Source: Nitrospirota bacterium
GTDB taxonomy: Bacteria; Nitrospirota; UBA9217
Direction: 5' to 3'
Assembly (NCBI GenBank): GCA_963749655.1
Contig: CAVVOB010000039.1
Coordinates: forward strand, 33,085 to 97,084
DNA: 64,000 bases
Positions 51,092-61,470 of the stretch are shown here, one piece after another. The notes below the pieces were generated by a model, which ran no database searches, had not been told where the DNA came from, and saw only the letters and a program-made list of their open reading frames with translations. Made by a program: the position numbers and the translations under genes. The stretch's first letter is position 1. Every line of letters starts with the position of its first letter.

Positions 51092-51613
51092 TTACTTGGA
51101 TTTCTTCAGCAGTTTACCGACAACGACGTTGAGCGGATTGGAACGGTCGAGAAAGGGGAGGACAGGCGCTTTCCGAAGCCCCAGCTGTTTCATTTCCTTC
51201 TTGAGCTCGCCGTTGTTCTTGTCATAGCCCAATCCCTTTTGATAGGCCATGACCGCTTCTTTTTTCTTGCCCGAGGCAAGATAGGCTCTCCCCAGATTGA
51301 GATAGAACACGGGGTAGAGTGTTGCCGCGGTCTCCGCGTCTTTCGGCTTGAACGCCGCGAGGGCTTTCCTGCAGGACTCTATGCCGCTCCGGTACTTTTT
51401 GTCCACTACCGCCTGAAGAGACCCGTAAAAGGAAAGGAGAACCGGCTCATGGGGATAGTGCACCATGGCCTGGATGAGGACGCTGTAGGCATCCTTCTGT
51501 CTGTTGCTTTTCAGATGGGCCCGCGCTGCCCGAAAATATTCCATGGGCGTGGGCTGTGCCGCGGCCTCAGGCTCTTTCGTATTTTCAGGCTCTTTCCCCC
51601 CGGATTTTTCCAT
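51092..51613 (-). CDS. TPR protein
   Basis: FYLNLGRAYLASGKKKEA...GL, then GLRKAPVLPFLDRSNPLN. Confidence 0.8.
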   Translation of the reverse strand: MEKSGGKEPENTKEPEAAAQPTPMEYFRAARAHLKSNRQKDAYSVLIQAMVHYPHEPVLLSFYGSLQAVVDKKYRSGIESCRKALAAFKPKDAETAATLYPVFYLNLGRAYLASGKKKEAVMAYQKGLGYDKNNGELKKEMKQLGLRKAPVLPFLDRSNPLNVVVGKLLKKSK

Positions 51614-51813
51614 GGCGAAATTCTAGCACGTCCTGAATGTAAATAAAAGCGGAAAAATCAGGGTTGCATTCCGATGCAAACCAAAAGCATTCCCGCTTGC
51701 TCCGGACAGGCCTTTTGCTTATAATCCCGGCAAGGCGCCGCAGGGGGACTTTTCCCTCAGCATCAAGCTGACGGCAGAATGCGGGCCTTGCTGCGCAGGC
51801 AGGAGAGACAAGC

Positions 51814-52932
51814 ATGGATGAAGTCGACATAACGATCATCGGGGCGGGCGTGGTCGGACTTGCCGTTGCAGCGGAGCTTGCTCACGGGCAGCGGAACATC
51901 GTGGTCCTCGAACGAAACGAGACCTACGGCCGCGAAACGAGCAGCCGCAACAGCTGCGTGATCCATTCCGGCATCTACTACCCGCCCGGTTCGCTCAAGG
52001 CCCGGCTGTGCATCGAAGGCGCGGACCTGCTCTACGAGCTCTGCCGCACGCACGCGATCCCCCATCGCCGCACGGGAAAGCTGATCGTTGCAGGGGAAGA
52101 GCGTGAAGAGTCCGCCCTCGAAGCGCTCATCAAAACAGGGCAACGGAACGGGGTGAAAGACATCAGGGTCCTCGACCGGCAGGAGGCCGCGAAGACAGAG
52201 CCCGCTGTCATTGCATCGGCTGCGATCCACCTGCCGCACACGGGCATCATCGATGTACATGCCCTGATGAAGCACTTTTACAGCATCGCATCGACGAAGG
52301 GGGTGCTGTTCGCTTTCAACAGCGAGGTTGACCGAATCGAAGCGGAGCGCGGCGGATATACCGTCTTGATCAGGCAGGATGAATACCGGTTCCTGTCGCG
52401 CATCGTCATCAACTGCGCGGGGCTGGCCTCGGACCGGATCGCTGCAGCAGCGGGCATGAACGTCCAAAAGCACGGATACAATCTGAAGTACTGCAAGGGA
52501 TCGTACTTCTCCTATGCCAAGCCCTCGCCCGTCAACACCCTCGTTTATCCCCTTCCCCATGACGCGCTGGTGGGGTTGGGGATCCATGCGACGCTCGACC
52601 TGGGAGGCAGGCTGAGGTTCGGCCCGGATGCGGAATATGTGAACGAAATCGGCTTCACCGTCGACAAAGACAAGCAGGACCGCTTCTTCGAAGGCGCCGG
52701 AAGGATAATCAGGGGGCTTGTGAAAGACGCCTTTCTCCCGGATATGGCCGGCGTGCGGCCGAAGCTCCAGGGGCCGGGAGAACCGGTGAGGGATTTCGTG
52801 ATCGCCGACGAAACCGGGAACGGCCTTCCCGGACTGATCAATTTGATCGGCATCGAGTCTCCCGGGCTAACGGCCGCGCCTGCCATTGCGCGACACGTGG
52901 CAGGGATGGTGAAGAGGCTGCTTGCAGGCTGA
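51814..52932 (+). CDS. FAD-dependent oxidoreductase, L-2-hydroxyglutarate oxidase-like
   Basis: IIGAGVVG, ETSSRNSCVIHSG and GIESPGLTA. Confidence 0.88.
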   Translation: MDEVDITIIGAGVVGLAVAAELAHGQRNIVVLERNETYGRETSSRNSCVIHSGIYYPPGSLKARLCIEGADLLYELCRTHAIPHRRTGKLIVAGEEREESALEALIKTGQRNGVKDIRVLDRQEAAKTEPAVIASAAIHLPHTGIIDVHALMKHFYSIASTKGVLFAFNSEVDRIEAERGGYTVLIRQDEYRFLSRIVINCAGLASDRIAAAAGMNVQKHGYNLKYCKGSYFSYAKPSPVNTLVYPLPHDALVGLGIHATLDLGGRLRFGPDAEYVNEIGFTVDKDKQDRFFEGAGRIIRGLVKDAFLPDMAGVRPKLQGPGEPVRDFVIADETGNGLPGLINLIGIESPGLTAAPAIARHVAGMVKRLLAG

Positions 52933-53040
52933 CAAGCTTACAGGCTTAAGCACTTCCATTCCGCATTCCGAATTCCGCATTCCGCATTGCGTTTAATGAT
53001 TCCGCATTGCATTTAATGTCCTTGCCCCTAGCCCCTACCC

Positions 53041-54573
53041 TTAAGTTGTTTTCTTTTCCGCCGACCTGAGCGGATGCTCCGGAAGGAACAACACGAGAAA
53101 AAAGGAAAGACCTAAGACGACGGAGCCCAGGAGAAAAGCGGTGCTGATCGCGTGGCGGTAGGCGTCGATGACGAGCTCCCGCTGGGCCGGGGGAAGAGCC
53201 GCGATCTGCTGAATCCCCTGCTCGATGATCGAACGGCCGCCGTGAGCGAGGCCTGCCCATTTCTCGGCATGAAGGCCCTGGAGCTCCGCGGTCATGATGG
53301 CGCCGGACATGGCCACGCCGAAAGTTCCGCCGAGCTGCCGGAAAAAGGCCGAGGTGGCCGTTGCCGCGCCCTGCTCGCGGGGGCCTACGGCGTTCTGGAT
53401 GGACACGACAAGGTTCGGCATGACCATGCCGAAGCCGCAGCCCAGAATGATGAGCGCTGTCTCGATCACGCCTATGCCGAACCCCGCGGCAGCCGCGATC
53501 ATCACGGCGATGAATGCCAGCGTTGCGGCGCCCAGGCCGAAGGTGGTCAATTTTTTGTATCGCCCGGTGCGGGACACGATGCGGCCGCCGATAAAGGATG
53601 TCGTGATCATGCCTCCGGTCATGGGCGCGAGTAAAAGACCGGCCTTCGCCGGATCCATGCCGAGAACAAGCTGGAAGAAGAGCGGGAGAAACACGAAAGC
53701 TCCGAAAACTCCCATGAAGGCGAGCCCCATCACCGCCGAAGCGATCATCACGGTCCTGTTGTGAAAGATGTGCGGCGAGAGCACCGGCTCCTCGGAACGC
53801 CGTTCCGTGCGGATGAGGAGGGCGGTGAGGCCTGCGGAAGCTATTGCAAGGCCGATGATGAGCGGCGAAGACCACGCATATTGCACCCCGCCCCAGCTGA
53901 GCACCAGGAGCAGGGCCACCGTGGCCGAGGTCAGGAGCACGACCGCCAGGTAATCGATATGGTGCGAGACCTTGTGATGGGGGCGCCGGAACCCGAAGAC
54001 GATCATGGCCAGTGCGGGGATGCCCACGGGAACATTGACGTAGAAGATCCACCGCCACGACAGAGCGCTCGTGATGAACCCGCCCAGCAGCGGTCCGGCG
54101 ATGCTCGAGAAGGCGAAGACCGCGCCGAACAGGCCCTGGTAGCGGCCCCGCTCCCGCGGCGCCACCAGGTCGGCGATCGTGGTCTGCGCGAGCACCATGA
54201 GGCCGCCGGCGCCGAGGCCCTGGATCCCGCGATACGCAACGAGCTCCGCCATGGAACGCGACAGGCCGCAGAGGCAGGAGCCGGTGAGAAATATGATGAT
54301 CGCGACGACGAAGAGCGGCTTTCTGCCGTACATGTCCGAGAGTTTTCCGTACAGCGGCGTCGTGGCCGTGGAAGTCACGAGAAAGGACGTCACGACCCAC
54401 GACAGGTGATTGAGGCCGCCGAGGTCGCTCACGATCTGCGGCAGCGCGACACCCACGATGTTCTGGTCGAGCGATGCGAGGGCCAGGGCCGTCAACAGGC
54501 CCGCGAGCACGGTCTTGACCTCGCGGGAAGAAGGCTGCGCTGCATCCGGCTGGTCGGCAAACAGAGAAGACAT
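53041..54573 (-). CDS. DHA2 (EmrB/QacA) MFS drug transporter
   Basis: LDQNIV, GKLSDMYGRK and GPLLGG..WRWIFYVNVP; about 14 TMs. Confidence 0.92.
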   Translation of the reverse strand: MSSLFADQPDAAQPSSREVKTVLAGLLTALALASLDQNIVGVALPQIVSDLGGLNHLSWVVTSFLVTSTATTPLYGKLSDMYGRKPLFVVAIIIFLTGSCLCGLSRSMAELVAYRGIQGLGAGGLMVLAQTTIADLVAPRERGRYQGLFGAVFAFSSIAGPLLGGFITSALSWRWIFYVNVPVGIPALAMIVFGFRRPHHKVSHHIDYLAVVLLTSATVALLLVLSWGGVQYAWSSPLIIGLAIASAGLTALLIRTERRSEEPVLSPHIFHNRTVMIASAVMGLAFMGVFGAFVFLPLFFQLVLGMDPAKAGLLLAPMTGGMITTSFIGGRIVSRTGRYKKLTTFGLGAATLAFIAVMIAAAAGFGIGVIETALIILGCGFGMVMPNLVVSIQNAVGPREQGAATATSAFFRQLGGTFGVAMSGAIMTAELQGLHAEKWAGLAHGGRSIIEQGIQQIAALPPAQRELVIDAYRHAISTAFLLGSVVLGLSFFLVLFLPEHPLRSAEKKTT

Positions 54574-54714
54574 AATCGTGGGATTATAGGGCGTGATTGC
54601 TATTTGTCAAGGGAAACGTCCGTTTCCGGTCATGTTCGCAAAAGGAACGGACCTTCAGATTCCGTCCGACCTGCACATCACCGGTTTGCATGCAGCAGAA
54701 GCGATTGAAGGTCC

Positions 54715-54918
54715 TCAGGTTGAGGGCTCCAGGTCCTGCTCTATGACCGCGTGCACCTGTTGGATATCGGGCACCCTGTCGTTCATATGCTTCTGCGCCA
54801 TGTGTTCATATATCGTGGTTTCGTTCAACAGGGTCTTCATCTTCGTGACAGCCTTCTCCCTGGTTCTTCCCCTGACGGTCATCACATCGCCGCAGCTGCA
54901 CGTCATACTGTAGGTCAT
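54715..54918 (-). CDS. Small metal-binding protein (DUF1059-like)
   Basis: MTCSCG and HMAQKH; GGAGG RBS. Confidence 0.6.
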   Translation of the reverse strand: MTYSMTCSCGDVMTVRGRTREKAVTKMKTLLNETTIYEHMAQKHMNDRVPDIQQVHAVIEQDLEPST

Positions 54919-55148
54919 TGCCGCCACCTCCTTCAGGCATCAAGTTCCGCGGCAAGTCATATTTAACTGTACCTCCGGTCAAGAGGGAGGTCAAGAAAGT
55001 TGCCCCCCGACGCGCCGACAAGTCGCGGTTCGTCGGTATTCCTAGAACAAAAGTAGGCAGCTGCACTCCACAACCGCCTCGCTGGCCGTAGAAAAAAGGC
55101 GCCGGATCTTCCGGCGCCTTTCGATATTCAATTATTTGTGGGTGTCGG

Positions 55149-55361
55149 CTATTGCGTACCCTGATTTAATGCTCTGACCGCCGGCGAATCCGCTGCGCTT
55201 TCAACAGGGGTCGAGAGATCGAACTGGTGTTGACGGTACCGGGGGCAGAAGGTGAACCAGTCTCCCCGGCAATACTCCGCTGACGAAAAAAGGGTATGAG
55301 CCAGCAGATCGCTCGTTGACCTGCAACGCGTAGGGCCGTTTGAAAGGAACGGGCAGTCCAT
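55149..55361 (-). CDS. Small four-Cys protein
   Basis: MDCPFL..C...YC.....CPRY; terminator-like hairpin at about 55095-55121. Confidence 0.55.
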   Translation of the reverse strand: MDCPFLSNGPTRCRSTSDLLAHTLFSSAEYCRGDWFTFCPRYRQHQFDLSTPVESAADSPAVRALNQGTQ

Positions 55362-55769
55362 GGTCGCTCTTCTTCTCTTTAGTTTCCGATGTAAATAACT
55401 GAGCAACTGCACTGTTGAAGATACAGTTTTGTTTCTCTTGATAAGTGTAGAAGCGCAAGCTCGATCATGCGATACTTGCAGAATGAAATTGCAATTTTCG
55501 CACCTGTTTTTTTCGTTTTCATTCTTCGGAAAATTATGAAGTTCCAACGTTGAATTCTCCTTGTTGTTGTCATTTTTTGCCAAACGCTGACATAATGTGT
55601 CACCCGCCGGACCAGCCGTCAAAATATCACCTGGATTCAAAAGCAGGGACGCCGGTCAAGGAATCAAAAAAGTTTAAGCCGGCATAGGATAACGCGCTGA
55701 GCAAGGAAAGTTGTGGACAACCCGGGAAGAGGCGAGCGGAGGGGCAGTCAACGGAACAGAGGACGTTTC

Positions 55770-56441
55770 TTAAGGCACACTCGCTTCCACCCCGCGGCTG
55801 AGCTCGACGAGGTCAAGCCATCGTTCCGGTCCGCCGTTCCTGCCCGTCAGCACAACCGTACCGGCCGCGCTGATGCCGACGCGCACGGAGTTCTTCATCA
55901 ACGCTCCACAGCGGCCCACCAGGAGCGACTGCAGCGCCGGGGTCACCGTGCGCTCCGCAGACGGCCGGTCCTTCGCGATCACGATGAAGTGTTTCGAAAA
56001 CTCGGCATCTCCCACGTCGACCCTGTTCGCGAGCGCGGCCGCGTTTATCCGGCTGCGCGCAACGATGTCCACGGCCGCTCCGAGGGAGCGGAAGCGCGGC
56101 GACTCCAGAAGGCACCCGGTGCCAAAGCTGCCGCCGCTGCGACGCTCGCGAAGACGGTACTGGCAGTCGAAGGAACGGACGGCGCGCCCGCCGGTCTCGA
56201 TCGTTGTAATATTGTCCAGCTGGAACAGTTCGTCAGGGAAGAAGGCTTCTATCCTTGCGGACAACCCTTCGCCGTCCGTGGGCTGAAAGCTCCAGCCCTT
56301 CGACGCTGCGAACGCCTGAAGCAGGGCCGTACGCCTGGCTCCGGAGCGCGCTGCATAGATCATTGCAGCGACGAACGCGCCCGCGATGCCCAGAATAATT
56401 ATCAGCGCTGCCGGATTGATCGCTCCGCTGCCCTGGTTCAT
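55770..56441 (-). CDS. Membrane-anchored hypothetical protein
   Basis: N-terminal TM; DAEFSKHF motif; GGAGG RBS. Confidence 0.65.
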   Translation of the reverse strand: MNQGSGAINPAALIIILGIAGAFVAAMIYAARSGARRTALLQAFAASKGWSFQPTDGEGLSARIEAFFPDELFQLDNITTIETGGRAVRSFDCQYRLRERRSGGSFGTGCLLESPRFRSLGAAVDIVARSRINAAALANRVDVGDAEFSKHFIVIAKDRPSAERTVTPALQSLLVGRCGALMKNSVRVGISAAGTVVLTGRNGGPERWLDLVELSRGVEASVP

Positions 56442-56929
56442 GGGGAACCTCCCTGGGGAAGAAGTAGTAATGTCAAAAGCTAAACACAGAGAACCCGGAG
56501 AACATCCTGAACTCAGGGAAAAAACTCATCCTCGTCCGTCCTCCCCTCCGTGCCCTCTGATTGTCGGCTCTTCTTAATTCTTCTTTCGTCCCTCTAACCG
56601 CGAGAGCACAGAGTAGCTTCTTGAAAAATAGAGGTCAACGTGTTCCGGTTTTCCCCTGAACTCCTCTGTGACCTCTGTGGTTTCATACTTGCTCTTTGGT
56701 TTGCATATAATCTTTGATCTTCGAAGAAGTCCGAGGACCATGCCTGAGAATAGAATAATTTTACGAAAAAGGCAAGAGGTTCGGAAATGCGGAATGCGGA
56801 GTGCGGAATGGTGAATCCCTTAGCTGTCAGTTATCCGCGATTAACGCTCATCTCGATCAGCACCCAACGTAAAGTCGTGCTGTGCATTTATTCTCTTGCC
56901 CATTCCGCATTCCGAATTCCGCATTTAAT

Positions 56930-58202
56930 TCACGCCTCCTGCCCGATCGCCTTTTTGAGCGGCCGGAGCAGGGCAAGAAACGCAAGGCCCGCGGTAAAAG
57001 ACAGGGCGAACATGAGGAGGAAAAAATTCTCCCTCGGCATCTTTTCCCAGAACGTTCCCAGATATCCCGACAGATAGTTTCCGAAAAAGCTCGACAGGAA
57101 CCACACGCCCATCATCATGGACACGATCCTGGCCGGCGCGATTTTGGTCACGAGCGACAGACCGATGGGGGAAAGATAGACCTCTCCGAGCGTGAGCACG
57201 AAGGTGCAGGCCGTGAGCCACCACAGGCTCGCCCGGGGATGAACAGCGAGGTGCCGGGCCGGCGGGATCAGAACCAGGAAGGCGGCGGAAAGGAGGAGGC
57301 AGCCGATGCCCATCTTGGCGATGCTCGACGGTTCTTTTCCGCGGCGGTCCTGCCAGGACCAGAACATGTTCAGCACGGGAACGAAGAGGAAGATCATCAG
57401 CGGATTGAAGGACTGGAACCACGAGGCCGGCATCTCCCAGCCCAGGATCATCCGGTCCGTATCGGCGTCGGCCCAGAGCGCCATGGTGTTGCCCTGCTGC
57501 TCGTAGACGCTCCAGAAAACGATGGTGAGCGCCATCATGACGAAGATCGCGCCGATCTTGAACCAATCTTCCCGCGACAGGGATTCGGAAGCCTTGCGCT
57601 CCGTCGACCCCTTTTTCTGCATGATCAGATCAGGCGCGAGGTGCTTCTGGCCCGAAAGATAGACCAGAAGCCCGATCACCATGCCGATGCCCGCGGCTGC
57701 GAAACCCCAGTGGTATCCCACCTTCTCGCCGAGGGTGCCGCACACGAGGGGGGAAAAGAACGCGCCGAGGTTGATCCCCATGTAGAACAGGCTGAAAGCG
57801 CGGTCACGGCGGTGGTCGCCGGGAGGGTACAGCGCCCCGACCTGGGTAGAGATGTTCGGCTTGAAAGCGCCGTTGCCAAGGATCAGAAAAACGAGGGCCG
57901 GAAAGAACAGTCGCTTCGGAAGCCATCAGGAAATGGCCCATCGCCATGAGCACCGCGCCCACGATCACGGTCCTGCGCTGGCCGAGCAAGCGGTCCGCGA
58001 GCATGCCGCCGAAGAGCGGAGTGAAATAGACGAACCCCGTATAGAGCCCGTAGATCTGCGACGACCGCTCCTGCGTGAACTGGAGGTGTTTGATCATGTA
58101 ATAAACCAGGAGAGAGCGCATCCCGTAATAGGAAAAGCGCTCCCACATCTCGGTAAAGAAAAGGACATACAGTCCGGGAGGATGCCGCCGGTTTGTGGTC
58201 AT
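56930..58202 (-). CDS. POT/PTR peptide:H+ symporter (frameshift near 57900)
   Basis: EMWERFSYYG, GNGAFKPN, FYMGINLGA and LSPIGLS. Confidence 0.9.
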
Positions 58203-58214
58203 AAATATTAGTTG

Positions 58215-58237
58215 CGCGGGCTAAAGCCCGCGGCTAC
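58215..58237 (-). repeat. GTAG-family REP-like palindrome
   Basis: Minus strand reads GTAG-CC-GCGGGC-TTTA-GCCCGC-G. Confidence 0.6.
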
Positions 58238-58447
58238 AGAATCGTAACGCAATTGATTATGCAATCCCGCGCCTTGGCATCCCCCGCTCCTGCCGGGGGT
58301 GGAAAGCGCTCACTCGCGCGTGACACGAACGTGTCACGCATGCGCGAGTTCGCAGTTCCGGGAGGTCGCGTTGTTCGAGAGAGCCTCCGGCTCCTGCCGG
58401 AGGGGGCTCCACTTAGAACCGCACCCTTCAGGTGCGTTTTGGAATAC

Positions 58448-59452
58448 CTACATCACGATAACATTGGGCGCCGTTTCAAAGAAGACTCCGGCCCGCTCCC
58501 GCGCTTCTTCGACGCTCGCGCTGGACTGGACCCTCGACGCGAAGTGGTGTCCGAATTCATAGTTCCGGGCAAAATAGTGGGTGAACTGTTTGAGCCGTCC
58601 GAGGCGGTACTCGGGACGAAACCGCTCGACGAGCAGGTCGATGAAACCGTTGTAGACCGTCGGCAGGGAAAGCGTCGACTCCGCAACGGCGCGGCCGAAG
58701 AGGTCCCTCGCGATCTGTGCAAAGAGCCAGGGCTTGATCGCCGCTCCCCGTCCGAGCATCAGCCCGTCTGCGCCCGAGACACGCAGGCACTGCTCCGCGT
58801 CCTGGACCGAGAAGATGCCGCCGTTGGCCACGACCGGGATCGTGAGCCATTGTTTCATTATGGCGATATATTCCCACCGCGGCTTCCTGGCAAAAGATTC
58901 GTTCTTGAACCGGGCGTGGACCGAAAGCAGATCGATGCCCTCGTCTTCGAGCATGGCGCAGAAGCCCTTCAGACTATCCTCGTCCTCGAGGCCGAGCCGG
59001 ATCTTTGCCGTCAGGGGAAGTTTCGTGCGTTTCCGCGCCTCGGCCACGATGCGCCGGACTTCTTCGGGCCGCTCCATCAGCTTCACGCCGCCGCCTGCTT
59101 TCCCGACCGTGGGAGACGGACAGCCCAGGTTCAGGTCAACGGCGTCGGCCTTCAACGCGTGGAGCGCGTCGATCGCCCGGGGCATCTCATCTGCAGAGAA
59201 GGTAAGGAGCTGATGGGAGAGAGGCCCTTCGGAAGCGGCTCTGATCAGGTACGGCGACACATTCGGATTTTCCAGGGGCAGCCTTTTCGCCGAGATCATT
59301 TCCGTGGACAACAAACCCGCGCCGCCGAAGCCGCATATCACCTGCCGCAGAGCGCTGTGCGTAAGGCCTTCCATGGGAGCGAGAAGAAGCGGCGGATCGA
59401 TAACGAGGGCCCGGATCTGGATCTTCCCGGTGAGGGCGGATTCTGTTTTCAT
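58448..59452 (-). CDS. tRNA-dihydrouridine synthase family protein
   Basis: LAPMEG, DLNLGCP, KIRLG, VHAR, ANGGI and MLGRG. Confidence 0.92.
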   Translation of the reverse strand: MKTESALTGKIQIRALVIDPPLLLAPMEGLTHSALRQVICGFGGAGLLSTEMISAKRLPLENPNVSPYLIRAASEGPLSHQLLTFSADEMPRAIDALHALKADAVDLNLGCPSPTVGKAGGGVKLMERPEEVRRIVAEARKRTKLPLTAKIRLGLEDEDSLKGFCAMLEDEGIDLLSVHARFKNESFARKPRWEYIAIMKQWLTIPVVANGGIFSVQDAEQCLRVSGADGLMLGRGAAIKPWLFAQIARDLFGRAVAESTLSLPTVYNGFIDLLVERFRPEYRLGRLKQFTHYFARNYEFGHHFASRVQSSASVEEARERAGVFFETAPNVIVM

Positions 59453-59549
59453 AGTATTCGAAGTTTCAGCGCGATGGAATGCAAGCACCACAATACCTTA
59501 CAAGGCGATAGACAGTCAACGCGAAAAGATAGAAGCCTGCTCTTCTGCT

Positions 59550-60305
59550 TTATTCTTTTTTCCCCACCGGAGCAAGGTAGAGGGCGAATTCATCCGTCCC
59601 GTCGACGCCCAGAAGCTCGTCCATGGCCTCCTGATGATAGGCCGCAACGGCGCAGGTGCCTGCTTTGATCGCGGCACAGGCGAGGTAGAGATTCTGACAC
59701 ACATGCCCGATGTCTATGGCGATCACCTTGTGCGCGGCCAGACCGTAGCGCCATTCCATGCGGTACGGCAGGGTGGTCCAGACAAAGGTAACGGCCGAGC
59801 GCCCGACAAAAGACTGGCCCAGTGCCGCCTGCGCAACGCGAGGCCCCACATCCGGGGCCTCGACCAGGAGCAGCAGCCGGTGCTCCAGCGGCAGATACCG
59901 GTAAATTCCCTTTGCAAGCCCTGTGACGTTCATCGCGCATAGATAGGTCTCGAAGCTGTGGCGGCAGCCCGCCGACGGGACCGTCCGGAACGCCGTCGAC
60001 GGCGAGGCCGCGGACCTGATCCCCTGGGTCGCCCAGAGCAGAAACGAAAGTTCGTCGACCGTGAGCGCTTCCGGCGTGAACTTTCGGAGGCTCTCCCGCT
60101 CAGCAATGGCCGTAGTGATATCCACATTGCCTATGCCTTTCCAGTCATGGGCTGAAGTGAGGTCGATGAGTTTTCCGCCGGGAGGAACGGGTTTCTGAAT
60201 GGGCGGGGCCGCCTTCCCCCTGCTCTGGTCTGTTGCGCTGAAATCGACGGTCAGCCGCACTGTGTCCTTCAAAAAAGAGCGGCACTGCTCCAGGGTCAAT
60301 TCCAT
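59550..60305 (-). CDS. SagB/ThcOx-family nitroreductase
   Basis: RESLRKF, RTVPSAGCRH and IDIGHVCQNLYL. Confidence 0.88.
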   Translation of the reverse strand: MELTLEQCRSFLKDTVRLTVDFSATDQSRGKAAPPIQKPVPPGGKLIDLTSAHDWKGIGNVDITTAIAERESLRKFTPEALTVDELSFLLWATQGIRSAASPSTAFRTVPSAGCRHSFETYLCAMNVTGLAKGIYRYLPLEHRLLLLVEAPDVGPRVAQAALGQSFVGRSAVTFVWTTLPYRMEWRYGLAAHKVIAIDIGHVCQNLYLACAAIKAGTCAVAAYHQEAMDELLGVDGTDEFALYLAPVGKKE

Positions 60306-60629
60306 GGCTTCGCCTCCTTGTCCGGATTGAGAACCCGCTATCAGCGGTTGTGTCGTTACGACATACTTTAGGCTGTTACGATTCTTCCCGATTGGAATAG
60401 CTTATTGTGTTTCCTTCATGCAATGTTATGAAGATACCCTTAAAATACCCATGGCTCCATATTGCGTTTTTTTCGAAGTCATGCTTATATTCAAATACCG
60501 GCGATTCGGCCGTGCACAACTTTCCGCAGCTAAAAGTCAGGCACGTAAGAAAACTCGAAGACCGACAGCGAAGCGGGCTCTGGAACACACCCGTTTATCC
60601 GACATGCATCACGAACGAGGAGGTTTGAC

Positions 60630-60989
60630 ATGACTGTGCATCTTCAGATCTTCGATTTACTGCCGCAGACCGATTGTCAGAAGTGCGGACGCACGTGCCT
60701 GGGATTTGCTTCCGAGGTGGCGCAGAGACAAGCCTGCGTCGAAGCCTGTCCCGACATGTCGGACGAGGCGGAAAGGGCCCTTCGCAGCATCATCGCAGCA
60801 GAGCATGAGATGAGGTCCTGGCTCGGGGGGCTCATCACCGGAATCAGCAGAAACCAGGTGAAGAGCGCCCTTCTGCTGTTGAAAGAGGTGTTTATTATTT
60901 TTCCGGTCAGGCTCGAGTTTGCGCTGCTCTTCACCTTTCCGATTACATTTCCGTTCCTGATGATTGCACTGTGGCTGTACAACAGGTGA
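60630..60989 (+). CDS. Small FeS-domain (RnfB/AcsC-type) membrane-anchored protein
   Basis: LLPQTDCQKCGRTCLGFA...CP; C-terminal TM; GGAGG RBS. Confidence 0.75.
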   Translation: MTVHLQIFDLLPQTDCQKCGRTCLGFASEVAQRQACVEACPDMSDEAERALRSIIAAEHEMRSWLGGLITGISRNQVKSALLLLKEVFIIFPVRLEFALLFTFPITFPFLMIALWLYNR

Positions 60990-61165
60990 TGAAACGGCTT
61001 CTTCAGACACTCCGTGCTTCCCGGCGCCTTCGACGTAACAGCGGGACGCTTTTATGTCCCGGGACGTTACTGTTCAGGGACGCCGGGTCGGTTCGATAAT
61101 TCTTCCGGCTTTATCCTGTCTCACGCAGTGTATCGTTCGCAGAATGAGCGGCAGCGCTTGCACCG

Positions 61166-61381
61166 TCAGCGGTCGCCGGAGTGTGTGACCCCGTTGTAGT
61201 CAGGCCAGGTCCCTGTCGGACCGGAAGCGATTTTCGCGGAGCGCACCGGCTCCGCTTTTGCGGCCGGCTTGGTTATTCTCGGCCTCTTTGTTTCGATCTT
61301 TGCTCCCCCGCGGCTGCAAGAGGCAAGCAGGGGGGAAGCGATGAATAGAAAGACCGATTTCTTGATTACGGATGAACTCAT
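61166..61381 (-). CDS. Small lipoprotein
   Basis: Lipobox LLASC; AAGGGA RBS. Confidence 0.5.
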   Translation of the reverse strand: MSSSVIKKSVFLFIASPLLASCSRGGAKIETKRPRITKPAAKAEPVRSAKIASGPTGTWPDYNGVTHSGDR

Positions 61382-61470
61382 AGCGTCCCTTTCTTCACAA
61401 TGATTAAAATGGTTGCCGCACGAACACTCTTCGAGCGCGGCTAGAATCCGACCAGCAGGTTCATGCTTTT

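Noticed and set aside
59550-60305. RiPP (azole) biosynthetic cluster around the SagB-like gene
   Set aside because: No YcaO or precursor peptide nearby; stand-alone SagB-like nitroreductases are common.
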